Shown here piece by piece: positions 40,318 to 55,217 of a stretch of DNA of 64,000 nt. Both the position numbers and the translations under genes were made by a program. This DNA is from Octopus sinensis. Lineage: Eukaryota. Every line of letters begins with the position of its first letter. Positions within the stretch are counted from its first letter, which is position 1. The DNA lies in NCBI RefSeq assembly GCF_006345805.1, contig NC_042999.1:143282001-143346000 (forward strand). Reading direction: 5' to 3'. The notes beneath the pieces were generated by a model. The model was not told the DNA's origin, did no database searches, and saw only the letters and a program-made list of their open reading frames with translations.

Positions 40318-40417
40318 NNNNNNNNNNNNNNNNNNNNNNNNNNNNNNNNNNNNNNNNNNNNNNNNNNNNNNNNNNNNNNNNNNNNNNNNNNNNNNNNNNN
40401 NNNNNNNNNNNNNNNNN
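40318..40417. other. Assembly gap (100 N)
   Basis: Run of N directly after a (TAA)n tract. Confidence 1.
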
Positions 40418-40589
40418 CTAGAAAGGAATATTGTTGTTGTTATTGTCTCGCTATATTAATCGGGTAGTGCAGATTGTAGTAACTTAACCCTTGTATTCTA
40501 TAAATCAGTAACAGGCATGAACAACGACCTGAAACAATATACTACCCGAAATATCCATCATGGCTCCGCTTCATAGGTGGATGAATTGC

Positions 40590-41365
40590 CGAGTCCAGAT
40601 AGTTTTTATAGGCAACTAACAACCGCGAGGCCTGACCGAGATACGTATAGGGCAACAAAATTGTTTTGCATGCACTCATTCATTGTTCGAACTTAGTTGA
40701 TTTGTAGAGTCATGCCAACACACGTATCAACCGAGTCCAATATGAGCATCTCTCAACCACTTTCCTTTGTCTAAAAAGGAAGGGCCGTCTTCTCTTCGAT
40801 GGTTATGTCAAAAGAGTGTTCATGGTGGACAAGGTCGAAAGTTTAAAGACAGACACTTTCCTTTTCAGTCAAGTCCCTATCAACATCTTTTAAGTTCCAC
40901 ATGAGAAAGAAGGTGATGATGGAGAGGGTGGTACTACATTTAGTTAACTTGATGAAAGATCTTTGAAAGTGGGGAGAATGGCCTAAGAGAAATGCTTTCA
41001 AAATGCGTCTGAGGCCAGAGAATAGAAGCAGCAAAAGGGCACTTGTCTTTGGTGGTCAGAATAATCTTGGATCATCAGGAATTCCTTATTGATTCTAAGT
41101 TACTCTCCTGCATTATAGGGGTCTTTTTTGGTTGCTGCTATTTTAACTTTTACCGTTAATTTTCACTATTTCAATGTAGCAAACTCTCCTATTGTGTGCT
41201 CATCTTTCTTGTGCTATGTACACAATATATACTTTGTGTATAAAGTAAATACTTTCAGTCTCACTTTCTTTTTTCTCACACATTCGATTTCTATGTAATC
41301 CCACCACCTTTCCGTAGCCTACCCATGTAATGTCCCCTCACTGCCGTCCTTGAGGCAAATAAAAT
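40590..41365 (+). pseudogene. Highly degenerate Tx1/L1-like LINE 3' end
   Basis: Remnants VLHALIHCS (zinc-knuckle H..C), KGRAVF..VMSKECSWWTR and FKFHMRKKVMMER; ends gtccttgaggcaaataaaa. Confidence 0.55.
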
Positions 41366-42151
41366 CACTTATAATTGGAAAAATCGTTAGATCGTCGGTA
41401 AAATATTTGTTACGAGTCGTTTAGATTATGAGCTGAAGTCCTACCGAGGTCAACTTTGCCTTGTATTCTTTTGAGATCGCTAAAAAAAAGTATTAGTCAA
41501 GTTGTCGGGTCTATTTAGTCAACTAAATTCCAATATAATGATAATAATAATAATTGTATTTTATATAGGCGGGGGTCGATAGAATAAGTACGAGTTGAGC
41601 ACTGGGATCGATGTAGCCGACTCGCTACTTCCCTCGAAATTTCTGGCCTGGTACCAAATTTTGAAGTCATTATTATTATTATTGTTGTTGTTGTCGACGA
41701 CAGACAACAGAATCCGTAGAGAATCTGGTTAAATGATTTGCAGCAATAAATTTAGGTCCTTTCACGACCAGAGCATTTAAATTTCACTGAAGTTAATTTC
41801 CCTTTCATCCCTCCCAACCACAACCACAATCACAACCCCGCCGACCAAATCTCAGGGTCGATAAATTAAAGGTATTTGTCAAGGACTGAGCTCGATATAA
41901 TTGACACTCTAATCTTCTGCTAATGTGGGTAGTCTTGTTTGGCAGAAATAGTGGTATCGATGGAACATTGGAAAAAATAAATAGATACAAAAAAATTCAA
42001 TATGGTATGTATTTGTAGTTTTACGTTCATCAGATCGGAGACGCCGTTCGATCTTTTGGCATAGATAACATAATAACTTATATGTCGATGTGAACAGCTA
42101 CAGCCTTCCCTCGAAATGGAGTGGGTAGAAAATTTATGGAGAATGTATTAC

Positions 42152-42709
42152 ACACGAAGTCTGATCAAAAAGTATCAGGGCTGGTGTTATAAAAAGAAAA
42201 CTATAACACACAATTGGACATTTAATCTCCTTAGACGTAGTCCCCCTTCTGAAGCGATACACTTTATCCATCGTCATTTCCATTGATGGGAGTATTCTTG
42301 GAGCTCCTTCTTCTTTTTGAGATATCGAGCAGCTATCTCGTCGCACTCTCTTCCATTTCCTCGACGTCTTGAAATCTTGTTCTTTTCAAGTGATGTTTGA
42401 ATTTTGGAAAGAGGAAGGAGTCGTAGTCACAGACCAACGATGCGTCACATCCTATTGCCGTTGACAAAATGTCTTCATTCTTCGATACAAAAAAGACGAT
42501 TCTGCGCAGCTGAAAATTGATCTTCGTTTTGAGACGACCACACTCTACACACTTTATTTCCAAGCATTGCTATAAACAACGGAAGTGAGCGAGAACGTTA
42601 TAACATGGAAGGCATATATGTTAGAGTTCAACGTCAATCTATGCCAAACGACCTCATTCTACGTATTTTAGATCCGTTACCATAGCAACAGTCCCGATAC
42701 TTTTTGATC
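42152..42709 (-). mobile_element. Internally deleted mariner element (MITE-like)
   Basis: TIRs gatcaaaaagtatcaggg / cccgatactttttgatc; minus-strand transposase remnant DSFLFPKFKHHLKRTRFQDVEEM...KCIASEGDYV. Confidence 0.82.
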
Positions 42710-42921
42710 GTGATAATGGACGAGTGGTAGGAGCAGCGGTTTAAGAGTAGCGCTTTAGGAGAGGGTTTGGTTAAGTACAGTTTTCAGGTAATAATGTTGC
42801 TGGTATTCCTGACGGAGGTAATGGTGTGTATGGTAATATGTTGGTGGTAATGTTACCAAAATTAACATTTCCACTTCCCACATCACTAGAACTAACACTA
42901 CCACACCTATAAGTGGTGGTA

Positions 42922-43135
42922 AAGGCAGCGAACTAGCAGAAACATTAGCACGCCAGACAAAACGCTTAGCGGCATTTTATCTGATTTACGTTTTGAGTTC
43001 AAATTCTGCCACGGTCGACTTTGCCTTTCACCCTTCGAGGTTGATAAAATACGTACTAGTTAAGCATTGGGATCAATGTAATCGACTTGCACCCTTCTCG
43101 AAACTACTGGTCTTGTGCCAAAATTTGAAACTAAT
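42922..43135 (+). mobile_element. SINE family A
   Basis: ggcagcgaactagcagaaacattagcacgcc...gagttcaaattc...gtcgactttgcctttca...gtgccaaaatttgaaac. Confidence 0.85.
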
Positions 43136-43476
43136 GCTATAGCGGTAAAGTTAGTAGGAATGTTGATAGAGATTATGTCGATGGTGAAAATTAGCGGTGG
43201 TAAAGTAGGAGACGGTAATGTTGGCAGTGGCGGTAAGAGGAAGTTAAAAAGTGGTTAGTAAGAATATTCTGAAAGCTGAATCTTTTGTCTCTCTTCATTT
43301 TATATATTTATATTATATTATTATTTATATATATATTTTTCGCTATTTCAATCGAATGTTTACCAATTTAATGGATTTGTATTGGGTGTTTATAGCTTTC
43401 ATATAAGACTTTTCATAGCATCACACCTTCACACCCTCGCTTACTCATTTTTCTGTTTCCACTTCTTCCTTCCTTC

Positions 43477-43507
<31 letters not shown>

Positions 43508-43647
43508 TTTTTTTCTACCCACACATACAGAGGTACTTAAAAAATGCACTCATACATACATTCACACACACGTAATAACATCTTCCAAATCAGGACTGCC
43601 ACTTTATGTTGGCAGATAGATTTTACTCTCTCTCTCTTTCTCTCTCC

Positions 43648-43694
<47 letters not shown>

Positions 43695-44048
43695 TATATA
43701 TATATATATATATATATCTTTCCTCCTTTTTCGAGATCAGCGACGGTTTATCGCTGGAAAAAGCATATAGTATTTTGCGAGTGGAGTGAGTTTACATCAC
43801 TAGCTGGTGATTAACACACGCTGAGGACGGGTAACCACCAAAAGACTCGAGTCCGTGTGTATCACGTAAGATGGGAGCGATGACTAATACTAATTGGACA
43901 CAGAATGTGTCGTCAACCAGCTGGAAGAGATGTCTTCATGGCTATAAATGTCACCAGGGCTATAAATGTCAGCAGCACTGTCCTGTGTAGGACGCCACAC
44001 TTGGTTGGCAATTATATCAATCAATCTATCTATCTATCTATCTATCTT

Positions 44049-44176
<128 letters not shown>

Positions 44177-44186
44177 TATCTATCTA

Positions 44187-44228
<42 letters not shown>

Positions 44229-44364
44229 AATATTTGAGTAGTTGAATGAATTATCTTGTTATGGATAATTCGGTTAACCGATACCCGGTAGCAAATTCAC
44301 ATCAGAGAAGGCACGTTTGAAGTTACGTGCTTTTGTGTGGAAATTTGTATTTTTTTTTTCAAAA

Positions 44365-44473
44365 ATATAAATATATGAAAATATATGAAAGAATGGAGTT
44401 GAACGACGAATTAAAGGATTTTGTTAATTCGTCGTTCAACTCCATCTTTTCATATATTTTCATATATTTATAT
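44365..44473. repeat. Near-perfect inverted repeat (50-bp arms, 9-nt loop)
   Basis: atataaatatatgaaaatatatgaaagaatggagttgaacgacgaattaa and its reverse complement with 2 mismatches. Confidence 0.92.
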
Positions 44474-44499
44474 ATATATATACATCTATATCATAATAT

Positions 44500-44750
44500 A
44501 TCATAAAGAAGAAAATGGGAGTTTGAACAGAGTATATCAATTTATTTACATTTTGTCAATTAGATAAGCCTATATCATCAATCTGTTGATGAACACTTAG
44601 TCTATTAGGATGTAAAAACTTTTTGTCAATTTTCATAATGCAATTTTGATTGTAATTTGAATGAAGATAAATATGGAAACAATTGTAGGCTTATATAATT
44701 AATTGATAAAATGTACTCTGTTCAAACTTTTCGTTCTTTTCTTTACGATG
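44500..44750. mobile_element. Probable Penelope-like pseudo-LTR with an inverted partial copy
   Basis: agtttgaacagagta...ataagccta (44520-44571) is inverted to taggcttat...tactctgttcaaact (44686-44729); degenerate gaatgaagataaatatgGAAAcaattgta motif. Confidence 0.55.
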
Positions 44751-44972
44751 AATTACTATAAGTATACCCAAATATATCGATGAGAAATAAACATCTATAC
44801 GAAATACCGGAACTCCAAAATGTGTATAATATTAGTGCCTAATAAATAATAAACACTAATACTTCCACGAAAAGCAAGACTCCTGAAAGTTCATCGATAT
44901 ATATAGGATTAAACTGGAGGGCAATTGGATGTAAACATCCTTTTAAAGAGGAATCTATCTCCTCACAAAAAT

Positions 44973-45019
<47 letters not shown>

Positions 45020-45172
45020 GTATATATATATAATATATATATATATATATACATTATATATATATAGTAGTAATTAAGGGTTTAGCAACGATTTGCCTCA
45101 CCACACACCGAATTTAGAAATAGCAGTCAAAGAGTTATAGCTATTCTTATATATATATATATAGATAATATA

Positions 45173-45238
<66 letters not shown>

Positions 45239-45424
45239 ATATATATACAATATATATATGTATATATACATACATACATCATACATACATACATACATAC
45301 ATACATACATACATACAACATCTCTGTATACACACCCACACATATATAAATGAATAGAAATGGCTTTTCTGATAATTTTTCCACTTTAATAATTAGATGA
45401 ACATCTATATATATACGGGTTACA

Positions 45425-45600
45425 GTGGTAAGATTGGGAGTTCGATTCCTGGCGGCGCGTTGTACCTTGGGCAAGACACTTTTTTTTCACATTCCTCCAG
45501 TCAACTCAGCTGGGAAAATAAGCTGTGCTAGTAATTCAAAAGGGCCAGTGTTGTCACATTCGGCATTACGTCGAATCTCTCTGAGAAATGCGTTAGCGGA
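45425..45600 (+). mobile_element. CORE-type SINE remnant with a family C-like 3' part
   Basis: gttcgattcc B box, ccttgggcaagacact, caactcagctg, then aaagggccag..tgtcaca...gaatctctctgagaa. Confidence 0.65.
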
Positions 45601-46873
45601 ACAACAATGGTGCTGTCGTTGTTCTTGATATGATTTAACTCCAGGGCAATTCTTAATGAACAGATTATAGGTGAAAGTCATTCCAGTGATGGCCATCCTG
45701 TCTTTTTAACGTGTTCTCTTAATTTAAAGCAGTAGTGTGTGATTTGAGTGAGATTTAGTTGCTATTTGTAGCAAGTCAAGCAATCACGTATAAGCAGCTT
45801 TGATAGATCAAATCTGTTTCTATATGTCAGTTATAGTTGTTGTTAAGCTGAAGGTCAATTCCAGCTACGCAAAATGCATGATCAAAGAACGGTCACCCCA
45901 TGACATCATCTTTTTTCAGGTTATAACGCATACGCTTGAGAAGGTGCATGGCATAATGGTTAGGGCTTAGAACCCACGCTCGTATGATCATGGATTTGAA
46001 CCAGGGGATGCGTTGGTCTAATCTACTCAGGTAAAATGAGCATCAGAAAAAATGCAGGTGCAGCTTTACCTGCCTCCACCCTCCAGTTGTCTCATGTTTC
46101 TCAATATTTCCTCTAGGTTAAGCGTTGGAGGGCTAAGAGAGTGTCTACTTGCGACTATATAGGCGTCAGTGTATACTCTAGAAATTTATCCTGTGTGTCC
46201 TTTTTAAAAACGGTTGGCTGAGGATTGACGAAAATTTGCCTGCTATATCTAGCATTTCGTCTAATAATATGTTGATTATTGGCTGAGTAGTCAATGTTTT
46301 AGATTATCCCAATCTAACAAAGTGGCCGGTTTCGACTCTATCCTTTCCATCAGTAGTGCTTAGTGTGTCAAGGGAAGGAGGCACCACAGAAATGGTAAAT
46401 GGTTTACGACACAAAAGAAATCACTTTAAAAACTTTCTAAAATAATATTCGAAGTGGTTTATATGATCAGAAATACAATTTTGAAGTGTTCATGGTGTCA
46501 TAGTGAGATTCTGATCAAGGACTTAGCAATGAAAATAAGTAGGAGAAAACTTTTAAAATATAAAGGGGAAGTATACAAAACTAAACATTTTCCATCTTAC
46601 TGTTAGTTTTGTTTCATTTTGAAAAATGAAAAAAAAAAAGTTTTATAGTTTATCATTGTTTGTATTGTGAATTACGAATATATGGGGACATCAAACTTTT
46701 TTAAGGGCCTCTATGGGTCTTAATCCGGCCTTGCTTCCATGCCCCCCCCCCATCGTACGGGCCATTCTTGCTAAATTCGTCGATTTTTCTCCTACAGAGA
46801 TCTGTCCCAAACGACAGAAATACAAGACAGTGTGTCAAGCTCCCAAGAAAACTATGGTCTCTGACCCAACCAA

Positions 46874-46943
<70 letters not shown>

Positions 46944-47011
46944 ACAATCCAACATCTTAGATTTGGATTGTTATAGAGATAAGGTGTAGAGAAACAAGGC
47001 ATAGATTGGAA

Positions 47012-47067
<56 letters not shown>

Positions 47068-48579
47068 TAAGAGGGAGAGAGATTAGTCGGGTAGTTGGTA
47101 AACCTTTGGGTATGAGTTTAGGTATTGTAGTTAGTTAACAACCCTCCACACACACACACATTCACATATACTCGTAGACACACTACATACATGCGCTCAC
47201 TTAATTTCATTTGCGCTCCTCTATAAATCCGAGGCTTTTGTTCCAAAGTAAGAAATCGATATTTAATCTCTATTAGTGGACACTCTATCAAGACTAGAGA
47301 GATTATATGATAAAACACCTCTGTGTTGTTGTTGCTGTAGCTATTATTGTTAGTACTGTTATTGCACTCATCGAAGCTAATGTTGATGTTGTTGTTGTTG
47401 TTCTGCTTTGTTGTTGGTGTCGTCATCACCATACTTGTCATCATCGTACTCATTAATGCTATTGTTGATTTGATGATGATGATGATGATGGCTTTGTGCG
47501 ATTGAGATCATGCTAATGATGTTTGTGTTGATAAATATTTCAGTTACTACTGGGCACATTCTTAACAAATATGAAAAAAAAAATACATATATATATAAAG
47601 AAAATAATAAATAAATGAAAAGCTGATCTTCCGTCGGTTTCGACGATAAGCTATTCTAGTTGCTCGATAATCCCCCAAAACTACTTACTCATTGATTTAT
47701 AGTGTAAGATGAACATATCGTCAACCAATAAATAGACAATTGAATAGAATAATGCCACGTTAGCTGAAATAAAATAAGGTTCAAGGTGCTACGTTAGCTG
47801 AAATTCACTATATGATGAGAGTAGTTAAACTATGCAAACAATTCTAAAAACTTGGCACTTGCCTCTGATACTTTCGAACATTCTAGATCACATCCTAGGG
47901 AATCCCATCGGAGAAATTGGCAAACCTTTACTAAATAATGCATTACAACCGCGAGCACTCTGGCATACTCTATGCTCCCTCTTTTACCATTATTTTCATT
48001 ATTTCGTCTACAATTCATTTTACTATTGCTATTTTTACTCTAACATTAGTTTGTATCCTTGCTCCATTGAACTAACAAAATGCTGCTACACGACTCTCAT
48101 TACCTGCACGGCTCATATCCTTACAAAACCTCATGTTAAACGTTCTACTTATCGGTTTTACACAGACTAGCAAGCCTCTGGAACAAACTCTTTGATGGCA
48201 GACTAAAAAGAGAACCCTTTAAGAGATCGCCCTATCAGCTAGCAATAGAACTTCAGGATATACTTCTACTATTAACTGCTTCTTCACGCAGAATCGATAT
48301 GACGCTGTGTGTAACAAAGTTCATCTGTTTCATTCCCGAGGTTTAGGTCGACTCGGAGCTATAGTAAAAGACAAGTGTCTAAGATGCCTCACAGTTGGTT
48401 CAAACTAGGAATTTCATTATTGCGAAGCAAAGATGTTAACCGATCAATTGTTATGTTATCTTCCCCGCTTTCATTAAGCTTAATTCAATTTAATTCAATT
48501 CAATTCAATTCAATTTAAATGGCAATATATGTGTAAGCATGTATGAATATTCGTTTTTATAGCGTGTATATAGCGCGTG

Positions 48580-48642
<63 letters not shown>

Positions 48643-49405
48643 TTATTTAGACAGATAGATGCATATAGCTATATAGGTACGTGTGTATGAGTATGTTCTC
48701 TTTCTCTCTCTCTTTCTCCACACACACAAGCGTATTTTTTAGTTATTTAAATTTTTGCTAGTGAGTTCAATGGAGCAATGATATTTAAAGTAATGATAGG
48801 AAAAACATAGCAATGACAGAAGTAACAGCAGAAGTTATGTTTAGAGAAATGCCTCAAGGAGAATCAATAGTATGCTTGTGGCTGTAGTTAATGAGTAAAG
48901 GTTTACCAGTCAATCCGATGGAATTTTTGTCTGTAGACAAGCATATTCGTATGTAATAGAGACACGTGATAAGCTTTTTAAGTGGTATGCATGGCTTTAC
49001 TACCTTGTTTAAAAACTTAATTACAGAAAACGTAGCACCTTCAGCAAGTGTTTTAGTCCATTTTCTTCAATTATATTTATCTGCTACTTGCTAATATGTT
49101 CAGTTATTTGTGTATGTATATATGAGGTGGTATATATGTCAACCAAAGTTGCTACTCCTACAATTGAAAATTCTTCCTGGTTATGACGTCTGTTGCTGGC
49201 ATGCATTTCAGTTGAGTTGATGGGACCAACGTGAATTGAAGTGCCTTGCCCAAAGGACACAACGCTTACCCTGGGTCGATGTCGAACGTATGATTGTATG
49301 ATAGTGAGATCGTCAGTCTAACCACCAGGCAATATACCTCCACTAATGTGTGTCTATGTGATTATATATTTGTTCATTTATACAACCTTGACATTCTACA
49401 CACAC

Positions 49406-49480
<75 letters not shown>

Positions 49481-49964
49481 TACCCATACAAACACACATG
49501 AATCAGATAGTACCACGTGACTTGTGTACGGAACATCATAATCTGTTAATCGGAACAGTTTACATAGTAGATTATTTGGGATGAATGACAGGTTTCATGT
49601 CACTAAGTGACACAATTAGGGACACAATTGGCCTTTATATAAGCTTTCAATCTACCTATCTCAGCCTCCTCCGCCTCCTCGTCACCACCACCATCACCAC
49701 CATCATCAACATCATCATTGTCGTTATTACTATCTATATCCATGCCATCAAATTTCGTTTTCACTGCCTCTATCACTCGCTGTTATTTATTGTCAATAAA
49801 CAAGTATATACCCAATCAACAGTGACCTATTATTTTACACACGTTTTTACTTAAGGACTACAATATTTCTCACATTTTCATGGGTCTGATGATCAAACGA
49901 TCTCAAACTTGACCTAGTTAAGTTTCATTCTGCTTCATTGTAATATTAACCACAGATAATTTAT

Positions 49965-50398
49965 TACTCTTTTACTCTTTTAATTGTTTCAGTCATTTGA
50001 CTGCGACCACGCTGGGACAACGCCTTTTAGTCGAACGAATCGACTCCGGGAATAATTCTTTGTAAGCTTAGTATCTATTCTATCAGTCTGTTTTACTGAA
50101 CCGCTTAGTTACGGGGACGTAAACACACCAGCATCGTTTGTCAAGCGATGGTGAGAGGACAAACACAGACACGTAAACTATATATATTATAATATATATA
50201 TATATATATATAATCTATATATCTATATATAATTATATATATATTATATATATATATATATATATACGACAGGCTTCTTTCAGTTCCGGCTTTGGTCGGC
50301 CCGAGGCTATAAAGAAGACACTTGCCCAAGGTGCCACTCAGTGGGACTGAACCCGGAACCGCGTGGTTGGGAAGTAAGCTTCTTATCACACAGCCACG
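49965..50398 (-). mobile_element. SINE family B
   Basis: actcttttactctttt tail, body, internal (TA)n, head cttgcccaaggtgccac..gggactgaacccggaacc...cacagccac. Confidence 0.88.
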
Positions 50399-51026
50399 TA
50401 TGTATGTCTATGTATGTCTATTTGTCAACCTATTTATAATATTTACATTGTTTATCAAGAGAAAGAGCAAGGGAGCACGGTGAGATGTTTTCTTTTTCAT
50501 ATAAAGTACTAAAGTACTCAAAATGCAGTCGTAGAGCCAAATTTCTGTGAACTAAAGTATCGCCGGCATATTATCAATTGAATCGGTAAGTATATACAGG
50601 GTATTAAATAGTCTTTGTGAAATTCTATATTATGTATTTAAAGTTTTCATAACTTTTCATCTGTATAAGCATGTATAAGCATGCCAAATGAAATGTGAAA
50701 CATGGATGGAGATGATGTGTGATACTGAAACACTGATGGATAAACAGACAGGGGCCAGATTCCTCTATTGACCCTCTTTCTTCAGTCAGTTACAATGCAC
50801 AAACAATTAAAACAGATATTGTTTTCCCTGAATCAATACAAATTGATGGCAGAAGTATATTGTGAGATACTTGCTTAGAAATTATAACCAGAATATATTC
50901 TTAAGGAAGGAACCAACCAGCTATAGAATTTTACTAACAATGTATCAAAATTTCGTCTTTAGGTAGCAGTGGTGATAATATTGATGATGATCTTGTAACA
51001 ATATCACTACCGCTATTGTCACCATC

Positions 51027-51321
51027 GTGGAGGCACATGGCCTAGTGGTTAGAGCAGCAGACTCGCAGTTGAGGGATCGCGGGTTCGAATCTCAGACCAG
51101 GCGATGTATGTGTTTGAGCGAAACACCTAAGCTCCACATGGCTCCGGTAGAAGGTAAATGGCGAACTTCTGCTTACTCTTTCGCCACAACTTCTCTCACT
51201 CTTTCCTCCTGCATCTTGCAGCTCACCTGTGACGGACGCGCCTGTCCAGGTGGGGACCTATATACCAAGGAAACTGGGAAACTGGCCTAATGAGCCAGGC
51301 ATGGCTCGAGAAGGAACAACA
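51027..51321 (+). mobile_element. tRNA-derived SINE: family C head with an alternative tail
   Basis: A box tggcctagtgg, B box gttcgaatc, tgagcgaaacaccta(a)gctccac shared with 28672-29048; different tail ending ggctcgagaaggaacaaca. Confidence 0.82.
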
Positions 51322-51776
51322 ATTGTCACCATCATCCTTTATTTTCCCATGACTAAGGTCCATTCTCCAAACCATATGATGACAAAATTGTACTGTTTCG
51401 AAACTGTTTTATTCAGCTGAAAGAAATAGTCACAATCCTCATACATTATTTTTGTCAACGATTACAGATATGTTTTTTTGGTTTATTAACTTAAAAGAAG
51501 TTTGATTACTCCAAATTCAGCTTCGGGATATGTACAGAATATCGTTTATCCCTAGATGATTTGTGAGTTGTCAAAAGAGTATATAGGGGTAAAAATATCA
51601 GCTACTAAATTAAATGAAGAAATATAGAAGTGTATCGTGGTTTATATATGAAATTTAATGGTTTCTTTATATTTATGCATGTTGCGTGTTATATCATTTA
51701 AACTTGCTCAAAGGCATTATAATGATCCTGTGTATATATAAGCATTACGTTTCTTACAGCCAGTAGATAGATAGTA

Positions 51777-51822
<46 letters not shown>

Positions 51823-51982
51823 GGGAGAAATATATCAGAGAATGATAAAGAGAGAGAGAGAGAGAGGGCAAGAGAGAGAGAGGGCAAGAGAGAGAGAGGG
51901 CAAGAGAGAGAGAGGGCAAGAGAGAGAGAGGGCAAGAGAGAGAGAGAAATAGATAGATAGATAGATAGTTTGAAGGAGACAA

Positions 51983-52014
<32 letters not shown>

Positions 52015-52123
52015 GAGAAATATAGAAAAAGAGAAAGATAAAGAGAGAGAGGGCAGGAGAGAGAGAGAGAAATTGATAGACAGCTAGACAGACAGACAGA
52101 CGGATAGATAGGTAGATAGATAA

Positions 52124-52154
<31 letters not shown>

Positions 52155-52414
52155 CAGACAGGTAGACATGCAGACTAGGCAGGCAGATATATAGATAGAC
52201 ACAGAGAGAGTGTGAGAACATACATAATACATATATACATACATACATACTCTACCTGTCAATAGACAAATAGAGAGAGAGAGAGAGAGAGAGAAAATGA
52301 AAGAGAGAGAAGGGGGAAATATAGAAGAAGAGGAAGATAGAGAGAGATGGGGAAAGAGAGAGAGGAGAGAAAGAAATAGATAGATAAACAGAGAGCTATA
52401 CATATAGATTGATT

Positions 52415-52489
<75 letters not shown>

Positions 52490-53053
52490 GGATAGGGAGA
52501 GAGAGATAGAGAGATGGAGGGTATATATCTGTGTGGGTGTTTCTGCGAATGTGTTCATGTTTTAGTGTGTGTGTAAAGAGAGACAGCGAGAACAGAGAAA
52601 GAGGAAGATGTGTAAAAAACTGAATAATTCCCAGGCGCCTTCCACATAATAAATAATAATTAAGTGGGTTAAAGCATTTTCAATGCTTTAAACGTTACAA
52701 AGAAAAGAAATAAAGCCAAATAAAATACTAGAAAAATAGATAAAAAGTTTTTTTAGAGCAAGGCGGGAAAAAAGCCTAGTAAAATATGAATCGAGTCATT
52801 GAAACTGAAATGTGTTGCGTAATTGTTATCAAACTTTTCTAGAATATTCTATACATGCATAAATGTATGTATGTATGTATGTATGTATGTATGTATGTAT
52901 GTATGTATGTATGTATGTATGTATGTACTCACACTTTTTTTGTGTCTATCTATCTGTCTGTCTGTCTGTCTGCCTGCCTGCCTGTCTAATTGTCTGTCTC
53001 TCTCGCTTTCTATCTATCTATTTATTTATCTACCTACCTACCTATCTACCTAC

Positions 53054-53155
<102 letters not shown>

Positions 53156-54278
53156 CTACAGTTAGCTGTCTGTATGCCTACCAAAATAAACGCCTAATTT
53201 GTATACCATTATTTATAATTCTATTTTTATCTACTGTATTGATCTCTGTATTTATTTATCTGTTTCCATCAACTGGGTTAGAGCCAATTATACACAAATA
53301 CACCTAAGCACACACACACACACACGCACACACATACACACACACACGCACACACACACACTCACACACACACACACAACACACACACACACACCATACA
53401 CACGGAAAAAATGGATGTCCGTCAGTTTCGAGGATAAGTACTTAGTTTCTCGATCAACTGGTCTACCTGCTTGTCACATTAGCATGTAAGTGGCTGAGTA
53501 TTTCACAGCCACATAATCCTCAGTGAGAAGGGTTGGGTGAAGGGGCGATCGGATTAGGACGGTATGTTACACGACTGGATCTTATGAATTGCAATCTATT
53601 CAACGAACTTTCTGTCCACCTAATTTCATACACAAAGGTTGGTTCGCCTTGAGGTTATTGTGAAAAGTAAATCGTTGTTATTATGCAAAAGTGTCGTAAG
53701 TCCAAAACGTTGCTTTTTCAGAAAACAACAAAAAAAAAGTAGTTTCACCATTCCATACTAAAATCGTTATACTACATTTTGACAATATTTGATATCTTGG
53801 CATCAGAAGCAGCTAGAGATACGATAGATTGACCAAAAGAACCGGCTAGTGCAAGCGAAAATAAATATTGGACATACGACAGTTTAACATAATAGCAACG
53901 ACATGCTTCATGATATGACCTTCATAACCATTCGATTACGCTACGTCTATACACAGACCCATGCATGCATGAATCCACAAACATTCACATGCGCGCGCAC
54001 GCACCACACACACACGCACACACACACACACATGCGCGCGCTTATATACATGCACATATCTTTTATTTGTTTCATCACTGATGGGTTTTAGTCGGGCAAA
54101 TTGCCGCCGATACTTATTCTATCGGTTCTCATTTACCGAACCATTAAGTTAGGGGGTGGCGTAAACAAATCAATACCAGTTGACACGCGGTGGTGGGAGA
54201 CAAACATAGACGCAAAGACACACACGAACACACATACACTTATACAGCACAAGTTTTTACGGACGTATATGAAGCGTG

Positions 54279-54314
<36 letters not shown>

Positions 54315-54837
54315 GAGAGTGTGAGTTAAAGTGAGAAAGAAAGAGAGCGAAGGAGAGAGTGTGAGTTAAAGTGAGAAAGAAAGAGAGCGATGGAGAGGAG
54401 GAGGAGGAGGAGGAGGAGGAGGAGGAGGAGAAGAAGAAGAAGAAGAAGAAGAAGAAGAAGAAGATAAGAAGAAGAAGAAGAAGACGACGACGACGACAAC
54501 GACGACGAAGAAGAGAGACAGAGAGCGACAGAGAGTGACGGAGAAACTAAAACAGACAGAGAAAGACAGACAGAAAATCATTGAGGTGTCGCATTCACAA
54601 TAAACTATGTCATTCGCTTGGTTGTTTATTCTGTTGTTCTTTTTGTGCTTATTTCTTAAAGAAAGTGTTTTCAATAGAAGGACGGTCGAGTACATTAATA
54701 CTGTATAGTAGCGAGGTCTATATTTTTATAGCCCTGAGTTCGAACTATATGTACAGACTGAGTGAGAAATTTAGAGAGCAATGGGCAGATAGAACAGGAA
54801 ATAGAGATAAACTGGCAGCTAAAAAATCCTATCAACA

Positions 54838-55175
54838 CATTGGGCAAGTGTCTTCTACTATGGTCTCGGGCCGACCAAAGCCTTGTGAGCGGATTTGGCA
54901 GACGGAAACTGAAAGAAGCCCGTCGTATATATGTATATATGTATGTATGTGTGTGTATATGTTTGTGTGTCTGTGTTTGTGCCCCCAACATCGCTTGACA
55001 ACCGATGCTGGTGTGTTTACGTCCCCGTAACTTAGCGATTCGGCTAAAGACCGATAGAATAAGTAGTAAGCTTCCAAAGAATAAGTCCTGGGGTCTATTT
55101 GCTCGACTAAAGGCGGTGCTCCAGCATAGCCGCAGTCAAATGACTGAAACAAGTAAAAGAGTAAAAGAGTAAATA
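54838..55175 (+). mobile_element. SINE family B, 5'-truncated
   Basis: ttgggcaagtgtcttctacta...gactgaaacaagtaaaagagtaaaagag. Confidence 0.9.

Positions 55176-55217
<42 letters not shown>

Noticed and set aside
51027-51100. tRNA gene candidate with A and B boxes (also 28975-29048)
   Set aside because: Continues into a SINE body and lacks a proper acceptor stem and terminator; it is a tRNA-derived SINE head
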